A stretch of DNA of 64,000 nt, taken from positions 96,001 to 160,000 of the forward strand of contig CAWGIE010000026.1 of NCBI GenBank assembly GCA_963822585.1, written 5' to 3'. This stretch comes from an uncultured bacterium (GTDB lineage: Bacteria > Auribacterota > Erginobacteria > Erginobacterales > Erginobacteraceae). Of the stretch, positions 52,476 to 64,000 are shown piece by piece. Every line of letters starts with the position of its first letter. Position 1 is the first letter of the stretch. Position numbers and translations under genes: made by a program. The notes below the pieces were generated by a model. That model saw only the letters and a program-made list of their open reading frames with translations. It made no database searches and had not been told where the DNA came from.

Positions 52476-53419
52476 AGATAGCTGCTTTTGCATTACTGGG
52501 GGTGATTGTAGTGGTGATCATTCTCTTTATGGTGGGTTGGGCTTATATTGTCCCGGAGACCCATCAGGTAGTAATTACCCAGTTCGGGCAGCCGGTCGGT
52601 GATCCCGTCACGGAGGCCGGCTTACACTTCAAAAAGCCCTTTATTCAGAAAGCCCGTTATTTCGAGAAGAGACTTCTGGGCTGGGACGGTGACCCCAACC
52701 AGATTCCCACCATGGATAAAAAATATATCTGGGTGGATACCACCGCCCGCTGGAAGATTGCCGATTCCCTGAAATTCCTCCAGACCGTGGGCAACGAGAT
52801 GGGAGCCCAGTCAAAACTCGACGACATCATCAACTCCGCCACCCGGGATGCTATTACCGGCTATCCCCTGGTGGAAGCTGTGAGAGATTCCAACCGGATT
52901 ATCGAGAGCGGGCAGGATAGTGCCGAGATGATCGTTATGGACGAAGCTCTCGAAAACATCGAGGTCGGTCGGAAGCAACTGGAGGCGGAGATACTAAAGA
53001 CGGCTAAAAAACTCGCTCCTCAATATGGCATCGATGTAGTGGACGTGCGGATAAAGCGTTTGAATTACGTCGAGGAAGTCCAGAGCAAGGTCTACGACCG
53101 GATGATCGCGGAAAGAAAACGGGCCGCCGAAAGCTATCGCTCCGAGGGGCATGGGAAACGGGCTGAGATTGACGGGCAAAGGGAGAAAGAACTGAAGAAG
53201 ATAACTTCCCAGGCCTACCGCACGGCCCAGGGACTCAAGGGAACAGCCGACGCGAGAGTGACCAAGATCTATGCTGACGCGTACAATAAAGACCTGGATT
53301 TTTATTCCTTCTTAAAGACATTGGAGACTTACAAAAAGACTATTGATAACAATACCACCCTCATCCTGACTACTGAGGATGAGTATTACCGGCACTTGAA
53401 AGGCCCGGAGGTAAAATAA
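52472..53419 (+). CDS. hflC: FtsH protease modulator HflC
   Basis: GLHFKKPFIQ, DVRIKR, RMIAER, FYSFLKTLETY. Confidence 0.93.
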   Translation: MKIAAFALLGVIVVVIILFMVGWAYIVPETHQVVITQFGQPVGDPVTEAGLHFKKPFIQKARYFEKRLLGWDGDPNQIPTMDKKYIWVDTTARWKIADSLKFLQTVGNEMGAQSKLDDIINSATRDAITGYPLVEAVRDSNRIIESGQDSAEMIVMDEALENIEVGRKQLEAEILKTAKKLAPQYGIDVVDVRIKRLNYVEEVQSKVYDRMIAERKRAAESYRSEGHGKRAEIDGQREKELKKITSQAYRTAQGLKGTADARVTKIYADAYNKDLDFYSFLKTLETYKKTIDNNTTLILTTEDEYYRHLKGPEVK

Positions 53420-53818
53420 CGGGATAATAATTTATTTTGATCATTTGCTCAGTCTAATCTCCTCTTATTATATTCCATAGCCCTATTTTTCCAGGCTATA
53501 CCCTCTGGATCACACATATCTGGAGTAGGTTTTGATGGCCCGATTATGGCCTCGATAAGATCAAGTTTCTCCGTAATCAGGGACAGACGACATCACCGTC
53601 AACTCGACCACCGGGATAAGCGCGACGGAGGTTGTGGCTAATATAGATATTGCCCCCGGGACCAGCGAGAAGATATATGATGTGAGCGTGGTGACCCCGG
53701 GGCAGCAGTTCAGCCCGGTGCCCCTGACAGGGGGGGGTTGCCATCAACAATTCCAGGATATCCCCGGTGGACCCATCTTCGTTAAATTGCTCTTTACCTC
53801 CATCCCCCATGCCCCGGC

Positions 53819-54127
53819 TTATTGTCCGGCGATAATGATTTCTTTCCCTTCATCTTCCGGCGTAACGACATGGACAACGTTGCCGGCAACCCTGATTTCA
53901 CTGTTCACTTTCAAAGACTGATTCTGGCTCATCCCGGGATCTACCGTAGCCATATAGTTTCCGCCGAACTGATCGACCAGTTCCACATCGACGGCGGCAG
54001 AAGAATCATTTTTCAAAATAAGGTTCACCGTCTCTGCCTCTTGCGCGTACGCAGCGCTTCCCAGCAGTAAAACCGAGAGGAACAAACCGCCGATTGCGAT
54101 TTTGAACCCTGCATCTATTTTTTTCAT
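53819..54127 (-). CDS. Small secreted hypothetical protein
   Basis: Signal peptide and beta-rich mature region; GGAG RBS. Confidence 0.65.
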   Translation of the reverse strand: MKKIDAGFKIAIGGLFLSVLLLGSAAYAQEAETVNLILKNDSSAAVDVELVDQFGGNYMATVDPGMSQNQSLKVNSEIRVAGNVVHVVTPEDEGKEIIIAGQ

Positions 54128-54295
54128 GACCGGGTCTCCTGGTTATTAAAAACGGTTAAAAGGTTTTTGTAATAATACCTCGTGCCGAATAATAAAGCGA
54201 CAGGGAAATAAAGACGCAACTCAGTCCCTGTCCCTCATCAATGCCCGGTAACGTCACTTCACACATTCGGCTCCTGCCGATCCACGATCACAGAG

Positions 54296-56770
54296 TTACC
54301 TTGTCACCGGGATGTCACCGGATAGACCGAAATAACAGCGGGTTAGATCTCTGATGGCCCATAGTCCCGATGTTTGCCGGAAGATCCCGATATCATCCCT
54401 CCCGTCACCCTGATAATCTGTCGGGAGAGGTCTGTCGGAACCTCTGCCGAAATAACTTCTCGTTACCCCTCGGATTATCCAGAGACCCGCCGCTGATCTG
54501 AATACCCCAACACCCCATGTCCCGTCGCCGTTATAATCGCCGGGAACAGTCGTATCCGACGATGATCCGAAGTACATCCGGGTCACGCCCCGGATCGCCC
54601 AAAGGCCGGAAGAGGGACGGAAGATGCCGATATTCTTTGAGGCATTCCCTGTGTAATAACCTGGAACAACCGTATCGCCGACGGCGCCGAAATAGACCCG
54701 GCTGATGCTGCGGAGGGCCCAGAGACCGCTGTCTTCCCGGAAGACGGCGGCATCACAGCTGCCGTCACCGTTGTAATCGCCCGGCACGGGGATATCGGAC
54801 GAGGAACCGAAGTAGATTCTGGTGACCCCTCTAATCGCCCATAAACCGGAATTCTCCCTGAAGATCCCGATATCAGTTGTTCCATTGCCGTTGTAGTCGC
54901 CGGGAATGGGCATGTCGGAGGATGATCCAAAATGCACTCTGGTTATTCCCCTGACTGACCACAATCCCGAAGAGCTCCGGAAGATCGCGATGTCGCTGGT
55001 TCCGTTGCCGGTGTAGTCGCCTGAATCCATAATCCACCTAATCCAAAGGGTTGTTGGACGCTCGCACCACTGTCCCCCGGCCGCCGGCCAGCCTGAGGCT
55101 TCAATCGAACGATAGACGTTCACTCTATAGGATTCAGAGAACATTTCAACTCCATGTGCTGGAGCATTGCCTTTGAAATAGACACCTGTTAGGCTGGTGC
55201 AATCGTAGAACGTATAGTCTCCGATCGTGGTGACGCTATCGGAGATGGTGACGCTGGTCAGGCTTTGGCAATGGGAGAACGCATAGTCTCCAATCGTGGT
55301 GACACTATCGGGGATGGTGACACTGGTCAGACTGAAGCACTGGTAAAATGCTTCAACTCCGATCATAGTGACACTGTCGGGGATGGTGACGCTAGTCAGG
55401 CTGCTGCACTGGTAGAATACTCCAAATCCGATCATGGTGACGCTGTTGGGGATGGTGATGCTGGTCAGGCTACTGCAATAGGCGAACGCAACGTCACCGA
55501 TCGTGGCGACGCTGTCGGGGATAATGATGCTGGTCAGACTGAAGCAATCGAAGAACGCATAATCTCCGATCGTGGTGACGCTGTCGGGGATGGTAACGCT
55601 GGTCAGACTGATGCAACGGAAGAACATCCGGTTTCCGATCATGGTGACGCTGTTGCCAATGGTGACGCTGTTCAGGCTGGTGCAACCATAGAATGCTTCA
55701 ACTCCGATTGTGGTAACGCTATCGGGGATGGCAACGCTGTTCAGGCTGGTGCAATTGGAGAATACATAGTTTCCGATCGTGGTGACGTTGTCGGGGATGA
55801 TGATACTGGTCAGCCTCATGCAAGAGGAAAACGCGATGTCTCCGATCATGGTGACGCTGGCTGGGATATCATAGTGCCCTGACTTGCCCCCCGGAAATTG
55901 GATAAGCATAGTTTGATCTTTGTCGAACAATACACCATCTACACTGCTATATACGGGGTTCTCAGGGGCTACTGTGATTGCCGTCAGGCTGTTGCAACCC
56001 TCAAACACAGCCTCTCCAATCGTAATAACGCTGGCGGGGATGGTGACGCTGATCAGGGCGATGCAATGGGAAAATGCGGCATCTCCGATTGTTGTGACGC
56101 TGTCGGGGATGATGATACTGGTCAGCCTTATGCAAGAGGAGAACGCGCTGTCTCCGATCGTTGTGACACTGTTGCCGATGGTGACGCTGGTCAGGCTGCG
56201 GCAAGAGCCGAATGCCTCTTCTCCAATCATGGTGACGCTGTCGGGGATGTTAACGCTGGTCAGGTTGTAGCAAAGGTAGAAGGCATAGTCTCCGATTGCG
56301 GTGACGGTGTTGCCGATGGTGACGCTGGTCAGGCTGTTACAACCGTAGAATGCTTCATCTCCGATTGTGGCGACGCTGTCGGGTATGATGACGCTGGTCA
56401 GGCTGTTGCAACCGAAGAACGCATAGTCTCCGATCGTGGTGACGTTGTCGCCGATAGTGACGCTAGTCAGGTTGTAGCAAAGGTAGAAGGCATAGTCTCC
56501 AATTGCGGTGACGGTGTTGCCGATGGTAACGCTGGTCAGGCTGGTGCAATCTCTGAATGCAGAGTCCCCGATCGTAGTGACAGGATATCCCTCAATCGTA
56601 TCCGGAATGATAACGTCACCCCCAGAACCGACATAGCCGGTGATAGTAACCTCTCCACCTGAGGTCTGGTAGGTAAAATCGCCAGCCTGCGAAGCTATCG
56701 TCGTCGCCAGGAAGAAAACTGCCGCGAGTAACCATACTTTGCCAATTCTCGTCAATGGACTTTTCATCAT
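54296..56770 (-). CDS. BspA-type LRR surface protein with FG-GAP-like C-terminal module (paralog of 9681..12068)
   Basis: Same N-terminus SQAGDFTYQTSGG, LRR_5-type repeats, ends DIPVTR. Confidence 0.9.
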   Translation of the reverse strand: MMKSPLTRIGKVWLLAAVFFLATTIASQAGDFTYQTSGGEVTITGYVGSGGDVIIPDTIEGYPVTTIGDSAFRDCTSLTSVTIGNTVTAIGDYAFYLCYNLTSVTIGDNVTTIGDYAFFGCNSLTSVIIPDSVATIGDEAFYGCNSLTSVTIGNTVTAIGDYAFYLCYNLTSVNIPDSVTMIGEEAFGSCRSLTSVTIGNSVTTIGDSAFSSCIRLTSIIIPDSVTTIGDAAFSHCIALISVTIPASVITIGEAVFEGCNSLTAITVAPENPVYSSVDGVLFDKDQTMLIQFPGGKSGHYDIPASVTMIGDIAFSSCMRLTSIIIPDNVTTIGNYVFSNCTSLNSVAIPDSVTTIGVEAFYGCTSLNSVTIGNSVTMIGNRMFFRCISLTSVTIPDSVTTIGDYAFFDCFSLTSIIIPDSVATIGDVAFAYCSSLTSITIPNSVTMIGFGVFYQCSSLTSVTIPDSVTMIGVEAFYQCFSLTSVTIPDSVTTIGDYAFSHCQSLTSVTISDSVTTIGDYTFYDCTSLTGVYFKGNAPAHGVEMFSESYRVNVYRSIEASGWPAAGGQWCERPTTLWIRWIMDSGDYTGNGTSDIAIFRSSSGLWSVRGITRVHFGSSSDMPIPGDYNGNGTTDIGIFRENSGLWAIRGVTRIYFGSSSDIPVPGDYNGDGSCDAAVFREDSGLWALRSISRVYFGAVGDTVVPGYYTGNASKNIGIFRPSSGLWAIRGVTRMYFGSSSDTTVPGDYNGDGTWGVGVFRSAAGLWIIRGVTRSYFGRGSDRPLPTDYQGDGRDDIGIFRQTSGLWAIRDLTRCYFGLSGDIPVTR

Positions 56771-57331
56771 TTCTCCTGGTTTCAGGTTATCTTGAAACCC
56801 GTGTTCAAAAAAAAGGCGGCCAATCTGCCGCCTCGAAAGTCATCCCCAAAATATGTAAAAGTAATGTCCCCAACCCGAATGGCGAAACTCTCCGGGTTGG
56901 AAGGGAATCTGAAATAAGTGCATCTGATTTTGTGGTTCCGGTATTCGGTTCCCAGCGACATCGGTAATATTTGAAGACTAATATTTTTACCCAACTTCCT
57001 GTTTATGTCAATAAAATTGTAACGTTTAAATAAACCCGTGATGCCCCCCGGTCCGCCCACAAACCCGTCAAAGACCTGAATGCCTGGATGACCCCAGTAT
57101 CGTACCCATCGTAGGCGTCAAAGCCGGGTTCGTTGTTCTCCCCGCCGTAATACGCCTGCGTCTTCCCCCTCGGTACGAACCGCTCATGGCTGATGTTGAA
57201 ATACGCTATTGGTACAATCACCTGGACCTGAGTATACTATGATCACTGAGCAGGGACGCTGCTACCGATATTATCTTTAGCATGGTTAAAAACTAACCCG
57301 TTTTAGGGATACCTCGTGTTAAGAGGCAGTT

Positions 57332-58963
57332 ATGATCGCGAAAGAGGGCAGCCATTTCGATATCATCCTTCTCACCGCGGAATATTATGACGATCATCCG
57401 CTCTCGCCCGCGGGGGTGATCGCCCGGGTCCTTGATGCCGCGGGCTTCAGCGTCGGGATCATCGAGAAGCCCGAAACCGCGGAAGACGTCGCCCGGCTGG
57501 GGACGCCCCGGCTCTTTTTCGGCGTGACGGCCGGCTCCATCGACAGCATGCTGAATAACTACACCCCCTTGAAAAAAGAGCGGACGGCCGACAGACACAG
57601 TTCGGCGACCGCCATGCCCGACCGGGCGGTGATCGCGTACTGCAACCGGATCAAGGAACGCTTCCGGGGGATCCCGATCGTGATCGGGGGGATCGAGGCG
57701 TCGCTGCGGCGGTTCGCTCATTATGATTACTGGGACAACGCGGTCAGGAGAAGCATCCTCTTCGATTCCCGGGCCGACATCCTGGTCTACGGCAACGGCG
57801 AAAAACAGGTGATCGAGATCGCGGAGCGGCTGCGGGACGGGAGAGACCTTGCCGGCATTGCGGGCACCTGCCGGATAAGCCGGGAGCTTCCCCCGTCTTT
57901 TGAACTGCTCCCCTCGTTCCGGGAGGCCGCGGCCGACAAGGTGCTTTTTTGTCGGATGCAGGCGGGATTTTCCAATTTCAAAAACCTGGCCCAGGAATAC
58001 GAGAACAACTTCCTACTCCAGTACCGCTCCCCGGTATACACGCCCGGCGACCTGGACCGGTTCTATTCGCTCCCCTTCACCCGGAAACTGCACCCGGACT
58101 CCCTGCTGGCGATGGCCCGGTTTTCCGTTGTCACTCACCGGGGTTGCCTCGGGCGCTGCAGTTTCTGCTCGCTCGCCCTCCACCAGGGGGACCGCGTCGT
58201 TTCCCGGTCCGAGGAGAGCATCCTCGCCGAGATAAAAAGGCTGACCCGTCACGGAGATTTCAAGGGCTACATCGATGACCTGGGGGGACCGTCCGCCAAT
58301 ATGTACGGGATGGACTGCGACCGGGCCTGCTCGGGCATCTGCCTCACCTGCGGCGAACTGGACAGAAGCCACCGGCGGCTGATCGCGCTTCTGAAAAAGG
58401 CGCGGGCGGTCCCCGGAGTGAAGAAGGTGTTCGTCAGGAGCGGCATCAGGTACGACCTCGCCCTGGAGAGCGAAAAGTACCTGAAGGAACTCTCGGCTCA
58501 TCACATCTCGGGCAGTCTCAAGATCGCCCCGGAGCATTTTTCTCCGGGCGTGCTCACGCTCATGAACAAGGACAACTCCCGGTTTGACGAGTTCGTCAAG
58601 CTCTTCACTTCCCTCAACCGAAATACCCGCCAGTCCCTGCGCCATTACCTGATGATCGGTCATCCGGGGGACGACGAGGAAGAGGTGAAAATACTGCTGA
58701 AGAAGGCCCGGAAGCTCAAAAACATCGAACAATTCCAGATGTTCACCCCCACGCCGATGACCGTTTCCACCTGCATGTACTGGACCGGAATGAATCCTTT
58801 CACGCTGGAAAAAGTCGGTGTGGTTCGCGATTTCCGGACGAAAAAGAGGATGAAGCGGATGCTCCTCGGGATAGCGAAAGGGACCAAAACGCCCGGGGAG
58901 AATACACGGGCGGCGGGGGGCCGTATTGTTCCCCGCAGAAGGGCTAAAAGATCGGGGATATAG
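57332..58963 (+). CDS. YgiQ family radical SAM protein
   Basis: GGIEASLRRFAHYDYW, RGCLGRCSFC, DLGGPSANMYG, APEH. Confidence 0.92.
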   Translation: MIAKEGSHFDIILLTAEYYDDHPLSPAGVIARVLDAAGFSVGIIEKPETAEDVARLGTPRLFFGVTAGSIDSMLNNYTPLKKERTADRHSSATAMPDRAVIAYCNRIKERFRGIPIVIGGIEASLRRFAHYDYWDNAVRRSILFDSRADILVYGNGEKQVIEIAERLRDGRDLAGIAGTCRISRELPPSFELLPSFREAAADKVLFCRMQAGFSNFKNLAQEYENNFLLQYRSPVYTPGDLDRFYSLPFTRKLHPDSLLAMARFSVVTHRGCLGRCSFCSLALHQGDRVVSRSEESILAEIKRLTRHGDFKGYIDDLGGPSANMYGMDCDRACSGICLTCGELDRSHRRLIALLKKARAVPGVKKVFVRSGIRYDLALESEKYLKELSAHHISGSLKIAPEHFSPGVLTLMNKDNSRFDEFVKLFTSLNRNTRQSLRHYLMIGHPGDDEEEVKILLKKARKLKNIEQFQMFTPTPMTVSTCMYWTGMNPFTLEKVGVVRDFRTKKRMKRMLLGIAKGTKTPGENTRAAGGRIVPRRRAKRSGI

Positions 58964-59136
58964 ATATTTGTACGGATTCCGGGGATATTTTGTCTCGCTT
59001 CATATAAACTTTGCCATTTTGAGCCGATAAAAAAATTTGATCTTGGGGAGTCGCGCATTCGCGCGAATATGCGAATAGAAAGATCCTCTGGATGGGATTA
59101 TTTCCGCGGCAGATGAGCGCGGCAGCCGGCCCGGTT

Positions 59137-60150
59137 TTATAACTTCATCAGGTCTGATACCGCAGCCAGGAGTCGTTCGGTGGAGTTTGCATCGGCAATA
59201 TTTTTTCTTAACTCCCCCAGACCGGGCCGGCCGGCCAGGTAACGGACCAGGTGACCGTAAAACTCCCGGCAGGCCGCGTTGCCGGCGTTGATCTCCGGGC
59301 GGCGCCGGATCCGGGCATCCTCGATCAGGTGCCGGTTTAACATCTCCAGGTGATCGGCGATCACCCGAAAGCGCTCCGCGTCCGTCGGGGACGTAAAGGT
59401 TTCCCCCTCCCACCGACACCGGCACTCCTCAAACAGCCAGGGGTTGCCCAGCGCCGCCCGGCCGATCATCACCCCGTCCACGCCGTATCGCTCCATCGCC
59501 CCGACCGCGTCTTCGGCGGTCTCGACTCCCCCGTTTCCGATAACCGGGATGGAGGATGCTTCCGTTACCCTCTTGATCGCCTCCCAGTCGGCCGGCCCCC
59601 GGTGGCGGTCGCCGGCGAAGCGGCCGTGCAGGAAGAGGGCCTTCCCGCCGCCTCCCTCGACGGCCCGCAGGATCTCTCGGATGTTCCCGCGGCCGGGAGA
59701 TAGACCGAGACGGGTCTTGATGGTCACCGGCAGGGAGACGGCCCTCGAGACGGCCTCGACAATCCGTCCTATCTTATCCGGGTCTCTCATCAGGGCGGCG
59801 CCGGCCCCTTTCCGGGTTATCTTCGGGACCGGACACCCGCAGTTGATGTCGATCAGGGAGAACCGCCCCAGGGACTCGATCACCGCCGCCGCCTCGGCCA
59901 GGACTTCGGGGGAATCGCCGTAGAGATGGGCGGCGATCGGTTCTTCTTCCTGGTGCGTCGCCAGGTAGTGCATGGTCGGAGGGGAGCGGCGACACACCCC
60001 CTGAGCGGTTACCACCTCGGTGAAGACCAGTCCGCACCCGAACCGCCGGCAGAGCCGCCGGAAGGGAGAGTTGGTGTAGCCGGCCATCGGGGCCAGGATA
60101 AACGGCGGATCGATAACAAGATCACCTATCTGCAAGCATCGGGATTCCAT
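59137..60150 (-). CDS. dusB: tRNA-dihydrouridine synthase (DusB-like)
   Basis: LAPMAGYT, IDINCGCP, PVIGNG, GVMIGRAALGNPW. Confidence 0.88.
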   Translation of the reverse strand: MESRCLQIGDLVIDPPFILAPMAGYTNSPFRRLCRRFGCGLVFTEVVTAQGVCRRSPPTMHYLATHQEEEPIAAHLYGDSPEVLAEAAAVIESLGRFSLIDINCGCPVPKITRKGAGAALMRDPDKIGRIVEAVSRAVSLPVTIKTRLGLSPGRGNIREILRAVEGGGGKALFLHGRFAGDRHRGPADWEAIKRVTEASSIPVIGNGGVETAEDAVGAMERYGVDGVMIGRAALGNPWLFEECRCRWEGETFTSPTDAERFRVIADHLEMLNRHLIEDARIRRRPEINAGNAACREFYGHLVRYLAGRPGLGELRKNIADANSTERLLAAVSDLMKL

Positions 60151-60319
60151 TTGGAGAATTAATACCTGATTAATCTGTTATGAATAAATTTGAGGCATCA
60201 GTGAAATCAGAACGAAAAATAGGGAGACCAGGGAAGGGGGTGCTCTATTCAAATCCTATTCAATCGTCTGTCATATAAGGGGCCGGGGCAGGGGGCTTCG
60301 AAGAAAAGCACATCGTCTG

Positions 60320-61078
60320 TTATTTCTGATCGGAGGCATGCGCTTGTCGGGCGACTTTCTCGGCGGCCGCGGCCGCGGCGGCGGGATCTCCCAGGTAGTA
60401 ATGGCGGAGAGCCGTGCCTTTCCCGTCCAGCTCGTAGACCAGGGGAATGCCGGTGGGGATGTTGAGATCGGGGATTTCCCGGTCGGAAATTTTATCCAGG
60501 TGCTTGACCAGGGCCCGGAGGCTGTTCCCGTGAGCCGCCACCAGAACCCGGGTCCCTTTCAATACTTCGGGGAGGATCGTCCCGTTCCAGTAGGGCAGCA
60601 CCCGCTCCAAAGTGTCTTTCAGGCATTCGGCGGCCGGGAGCACCGCCGGATCGACGTCATGGTAGCGGGGATCGAAGCGAGGGTGCCGGGGGTCGTCTTC
60701 CGTCAGGGAAGGCGGCCGGACGTCGTAGCTTCGCCGCCAGAGATGCACCTGCTCCTGCCCGAATTTCTCCGCCGTCTCCGCCTTGTTCAGCCCCTGGAGA
60801 GCTCCGTAGTGGCGCTCGTTGAGGCGCCAGGAACGGATGACCGGGATCCACATCAGGTCCAGCCGTTCCTGGACGATCCAGAGGGTGCGGATGGCCCGCT
60901 TGAGGACCGAAGTAAAGGCAAGATCGAAGGAATAGCCGCCTTCCCGAAGTTCCTGTGCCGCCTGTTCCGCCTCCGTGACTCCGGTGGCGTCCAGGTCGAC
61001 GTCGGTCCAGCCGGTAAATCGGTTCTCTTTGTTCCAGGCGCTCTCGCCGTGACGCAGTAAAACGAGTTTCGTAGGCAT
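60320..61078 (-). CDS. gpmA: 2,3-BPG-dependent phosphoglycerate mutase
   Basis: [36 protein letters not shown]. Confidence 0.96.
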   Translation of the reverse strand: MPTKLVLLRHGESAWNKENRFTGWTDVDLDATGVTEAEQAAQELREGGYSFDLAFTSVLKRAIRTLWIVQERLDLMWIPVIRSWRLNERHYGALQGLNKAETAEKFGQEQVHLWRRSYDVRPPSLTEDDPRHPRFDPRYHDVDPAVLPAAECLKDTLERVLPYWNGTILPEVLKGTRVLVAAHGNSLRALVKHLDKISDREIPDLNIPTGIPLVYELDGKGTALRHYYLGDPAAAAAAAEKVARQAHASDQK

Positions 61079-61181
61079 GATCATATTCCTTCTGGGAGTT
61101 CGTTTAAAGACCCACTGTATCGGTTGCTTTATAATGGAGTGTTGGAGTATTGGAGTGATGGGAAAAGGAAGTGTCCGAGGA

Positions 61182-62009
61182 TTATTCTTCTTCTCTTCCT
61201 GGGTTGATGGCGATGATATTGTAGATGGGGTAAGCCACGTTTTCTTTTTTACCCGGGGGGTGCCCGGCAAGAACGTCGTTCTCTAAACGGACCGGCAGGA
61301 TCGTCTCCCGGGAATAGAAGCACTCGTCCTTGTTGTAGAGGATCAGCTCGACCGGAACTTTTCTCCTGATGGCGCAGGTGAGCTCCATCCGCAGTTTCCG
61401 GTAGACGTCACCGGTCTCCCAGGTGAAATCTTTCCGAACCGGGTGGAGATCCTCCAGGGTCCCCCTCCCGTCCCGGTTCAGTTCTTCGATGATCCGTCCC
61501 AGCAGACCGGCGGTGGCCATAACGTCATCGAGTGCCCGGTGGGTGCCGCTGCGCCCGAGATCCAGGGCCGGCCCCAGGCATCTCAGGCAGTGACAGGCAT
61601 AATCGGGCCAGATCTCCTGGCTGAGAAGGATGGTATCTATCGCCGGGTTGGGGAGGGGAGGGCGGCCGATCCGGCGGAGCGAGGTGTCCAGGAACATCAT
61701 GTCGAAATGCAGGTTGTGGGCGGCGATCACCGTCTCCCCGATGAAACCGATGATCTGGCCGGCCGTCTCGGCGAAGGAGGGCGCTGCTTCCAGGCTTGCG
61801 GGAGAGATCCGGTGAGTCGAGAGCGCCTCCGCCGTCTGGGGGGAAGGAGGCCGGAGGAGAGTCTCGAATGAATCGCCGATCTCCCCCCCGGAGAAGTGCG
61901 TCATCCCGATCTCGATGATCCCATGCCCGTCCCCCGGGTTGACCCCGGTGGTCTCGGTATCAAGAATCGTGAAATGTACTTCTTTGATTGGCGTATTCAG
62001 AGCCGGCAT
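61182..62009 (-). CDS. DEDDh 3'-5' exonuclease (DnaQ-like) with a C-terminal extension
   Basis: LDTETTG, AHNLHFD, HRALDD. Confidence 0.88.
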   Translation of the reverse strand: MPALNTPIKEVHFTILDTETTGVNPGDGHGIIEIGMTHFSGGEIGDSFETLLRPPSPQTAEALSTHRISPASLEAAPSFAETAGQIIGFIGETVIAAHNLHFDMMFLDTSLRRIGRPPLPNPAIDTILLSQEIWPDYACHCLRCLGPALDLGRSGTHRALDDVMATAGLLGRIIEELNRDGRGTLEDLHPVRKDFTWETGDVYRKLRMELTCAIRRKVPVELILYNKDECFYSRETILPVRLENDVLAGHPPGKKENVAYPIYNIIAINPGREEE

Positions 62010-62056
62010 ATCAGCAAGATACGATGACGCAACAACATTATCGGGATTTTCACGAC

Positions 62057-62208
62057 AAATTCTAAATCCGAAATTCTAAATCCCAAACAAATACAAAATT
62101 CAAACGTCCAAAACCAGATATGGATGAAGTCTCTGTTTTGAATTTACTATTTTGGATCATTTGAAATTATTTAGGATTTAGTATTTGGAAATTGGGATTT
62201 CGGAGATT
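62057..62208. repeat. Inverted 7-mer repeat element, same family as 40383-40609
   Basis: aaattctaaatccgaaattctaaatcccaaac ... atttaggatttagtatttggaaattgggattt. Confidence 0.75.
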
Positions 62209-62232
62209 ACTCGTGAAACGAGTAATCTCCGT

Positions 62233-63930
62233 TCACATCCTTCCATGCCGCAGGATCGTGATCAGGAGCCAGAAGCCCATGATTCCGGCGACCAGGAAAC
62301 CCACCACGCCGATGATGGGGATATCGTTCCATTTGGGGGGGATGCCGGAGAGGACGATCAGGGAGGAGCCGATGACCAGCGCCGCCAGAACGATGGCGAA
62401 GGCCACCCGGTTGCTGGACCGATCCAGCGTGGACAGGAAAAGTTCCAGGCCCCGGTGCTGGAAGATAATCTTCAGCTTCCCGGATCGGGTCTGTTTGAGG
62501 ATCGCGCGGACTTCTTCCGGGACAACCCTGAGAAGCGTGAAAAGTTCACTCCCGGATTCAGAGAGTTCTTCCGCGATCCGCCGGGGGCTGAAACGGGCCA
62601 GCTGCAGGCGGGTGACGAACGGTTTCACCCGGCTGATGATCTCGAAACCTGGATCCAGCTTGACCCCCAGGGATTCCACCTGGCTGAGCGCCTTCATCAT
62701 TAGATAAAAATTCGGCTTGATGGTCAGGGAGTGCGCGGTCGCCAGCTCCAGCAGCTGCTGGAGCACCTTCCCCAGTTCGAGGTCTTTCAGGGGCTGGTAC
62801 AGATTCTGATCGGTAAACGCGGCGATATCGCGCTCCAGCGTCTCCCGGTCGGGTTCCTCGTCATGATCGGTCAGGGCCAGGACCATCTCCACGGTCTTTT
62901 TCTCGTCCTTCCTGACGATCGCCAGGAGCAGGGCGCCGAAGTCCTCCCGTTCATGCCGGTTGATCCTCCCCATCATGCCGAAGTCGATATAGCAGATAAT
63001 ATTATCCGGAAGGATAAAGATGTTCCCCGGATGGGGATCGGCGTGAAAGAAGCCGAACTCGAAGATCTGCTCCATCATCAGGTCAGCGCCGCGTTCGGCG
63101 ATCAGCTTGCAGTCATATCCTTCCCGGTGAAGGGAGTCGATATCCGACACCTTGATCCCGTGGATGTTCTCCAGAACCAGTACCCTCTCCGTGGAAATAT
63201 CCCGGTAGACCCGGGGTACCCGAATCATCGCGTTATCCTTGAACTGGTCGGCGAAGCGCACCACATGGGAAGCCTCAATGGTATAGTTGATCTCTTCTCC
63301 CAGTGTCCGGGCGAACTCCCGCACGATCCGGCTCGGCTTCACGATCTGCAGTTCGGTCAGATGCCGTTCCATCAATCCCGACAGGTGGAGCATGATCTCG
63401 AGGTCGATCTCGATCGTGTGTTTGATGTCCGGCCGCTGTACCTTAACTACAACGTCCGTTCCGTCTTTCAGGGTAGCCCGGTGGACCTGGCCGATCGACG
63501 CCGCCGCCAGCGGCTTCTCTTCGAAATCCCGAAAGAGCTCATCAGGCGACTGGCCGGTCTCGGTCTCGATGATTAACCGGACCTCCTCGTAAGGGAAGGG
63601 AGGCACCTCATCCTGGAGTTTGCTGAGTTCCTTGATGACGGAGAGCGGAACCAGGTCGGGACGCGTGGAGAGGACCTGTCCCAGTTTGACGAAGGTGGGG
63701 CCGAGTTCCTCCAGGGCCAGCCGCAGCCGCTGGGGAGCGGTCAGGGTGTGGAGCTTTTCCCTCCGTTTGCGGGAGATCTTCTGGAGGCCCAGTTCGACGA
63801 GCTGCTCGATCTTCAGGGTGTCGAGCAGTTCCCCGAACCCGTATTTAAAAAGAACCTGCAGTATCTGCCGGTACCGGCCGATATGCCGGTATGTCCGGCT
63901 GATGCCGGTAAGTTGACGGATGCTCAGCAT
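62233..63930 (-). CDS. ABC1/AarF/UbiB family atypical kinase
   Basis: [39 protein letters not shown]. Confidence 0.93.
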   Translation of the reverse strand: MLSIRQLTGISRTYRHIGRYRQILQVLFKYGFGELLDTLKIEQLVELGLQKISRKRREKLHTLTAPQRLRLALEELGPTFVKLGQVLSTRPDLVPLSVIKELSKLQDEVPPFPYEEVRLIIETETGQSPDELFRDFEEKPLAAASIGQVHRATLKDGTDVVVKVQRPDIKHTIEIDLEIMLHLSGLMERHLTELQIVKPSRIVREFARTLGEEINYTIEASHVVRFADQFKDNAMIRVPRVYRDISTERVLVLENIHGIKVSDIDSLHREGYDCKLIAERGADLMMEQIFEFGFFHADPHPGNIFILPDNIICYIDFGMMGRINRHEREDFGALLLAIVRKDEKKTVEMVLALTDHDEEPDRETLERDIAAFTDQNLYQPLKDLELGKVLQQLLELATAHSLTIKPNFYLMMKALSQVESLGVKLDPGFEIISRVKPFVTRLQLARFSPRRIAEELSESGSELFTLLRVVPEEVRAILKQTRSGKLKIIFQHRGLELFLSTLDRSSNRVAFAIVLAALVIGSSLIVLSGIPPKWNDIPIIGVVGFLVAGIMGFWLLITILRHGRM

Positions 63931-64000
63931 TATAAATTGGCTCGCTGCGCTCGCGAATTTATGTTGGATCGTCCTTCACTTCGTGAAGGACTTGTAGGAT

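Noticed and set aside
56810..56905. Riboswitch upstream of the BspA paralog
   Set aside because: Hairpins are present but I could not match them to any known aptamer consensus.

Overview
Bacterial chromosomal window. Core genes are GC-rich and the intergenic and accessory patches are AT-richer. Positions 1-17.3 kb form an accessory island downstream of a minus-strand tRNA-Val(TAC) / four-helix-bundle gene / tRNA-Asp(GTC) operon. The island is an ordered array of at least seven co-oriented modules (0.4-6.9 kb) with no integrase visible. They carry HicBA pairs, a nucleotidyltransferase pair, DUF4238, SatD/DUF3307, a GIY-YIG nuclease, surface proteins and a POT transporter with a class V aminotransferase. 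Modules are separated by junctions made of a terminator-like hairpin plus a copy of the tRNA-Asp 3' end. Five junctions also carry a ~100 bp arm that encodes, antisense to the tRNA, a conserved peptide with a synonymous-substitution signature and no conserved start codon; I infer it is the C-terminus of an att-split recombinase. Non-functional tRNA-Asp copies carry short GC hairpins inserted symmetrically around the T-loop TCGA. Positions 17.4-64 kb are mostly housekeeping (PAS/hybrid kinase, GH13, GH57, deoC, aspC-like, aconitase, mfd, hflKC, dusB, gpmA, ubiB-like). This part also has a complete ISL3, several families of miniature inverted-repeat elements and a 63-aa protein resembling the crenarchaeal chromatin protein CC1. 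Family assignments come from motif recognition only; no database was searched.
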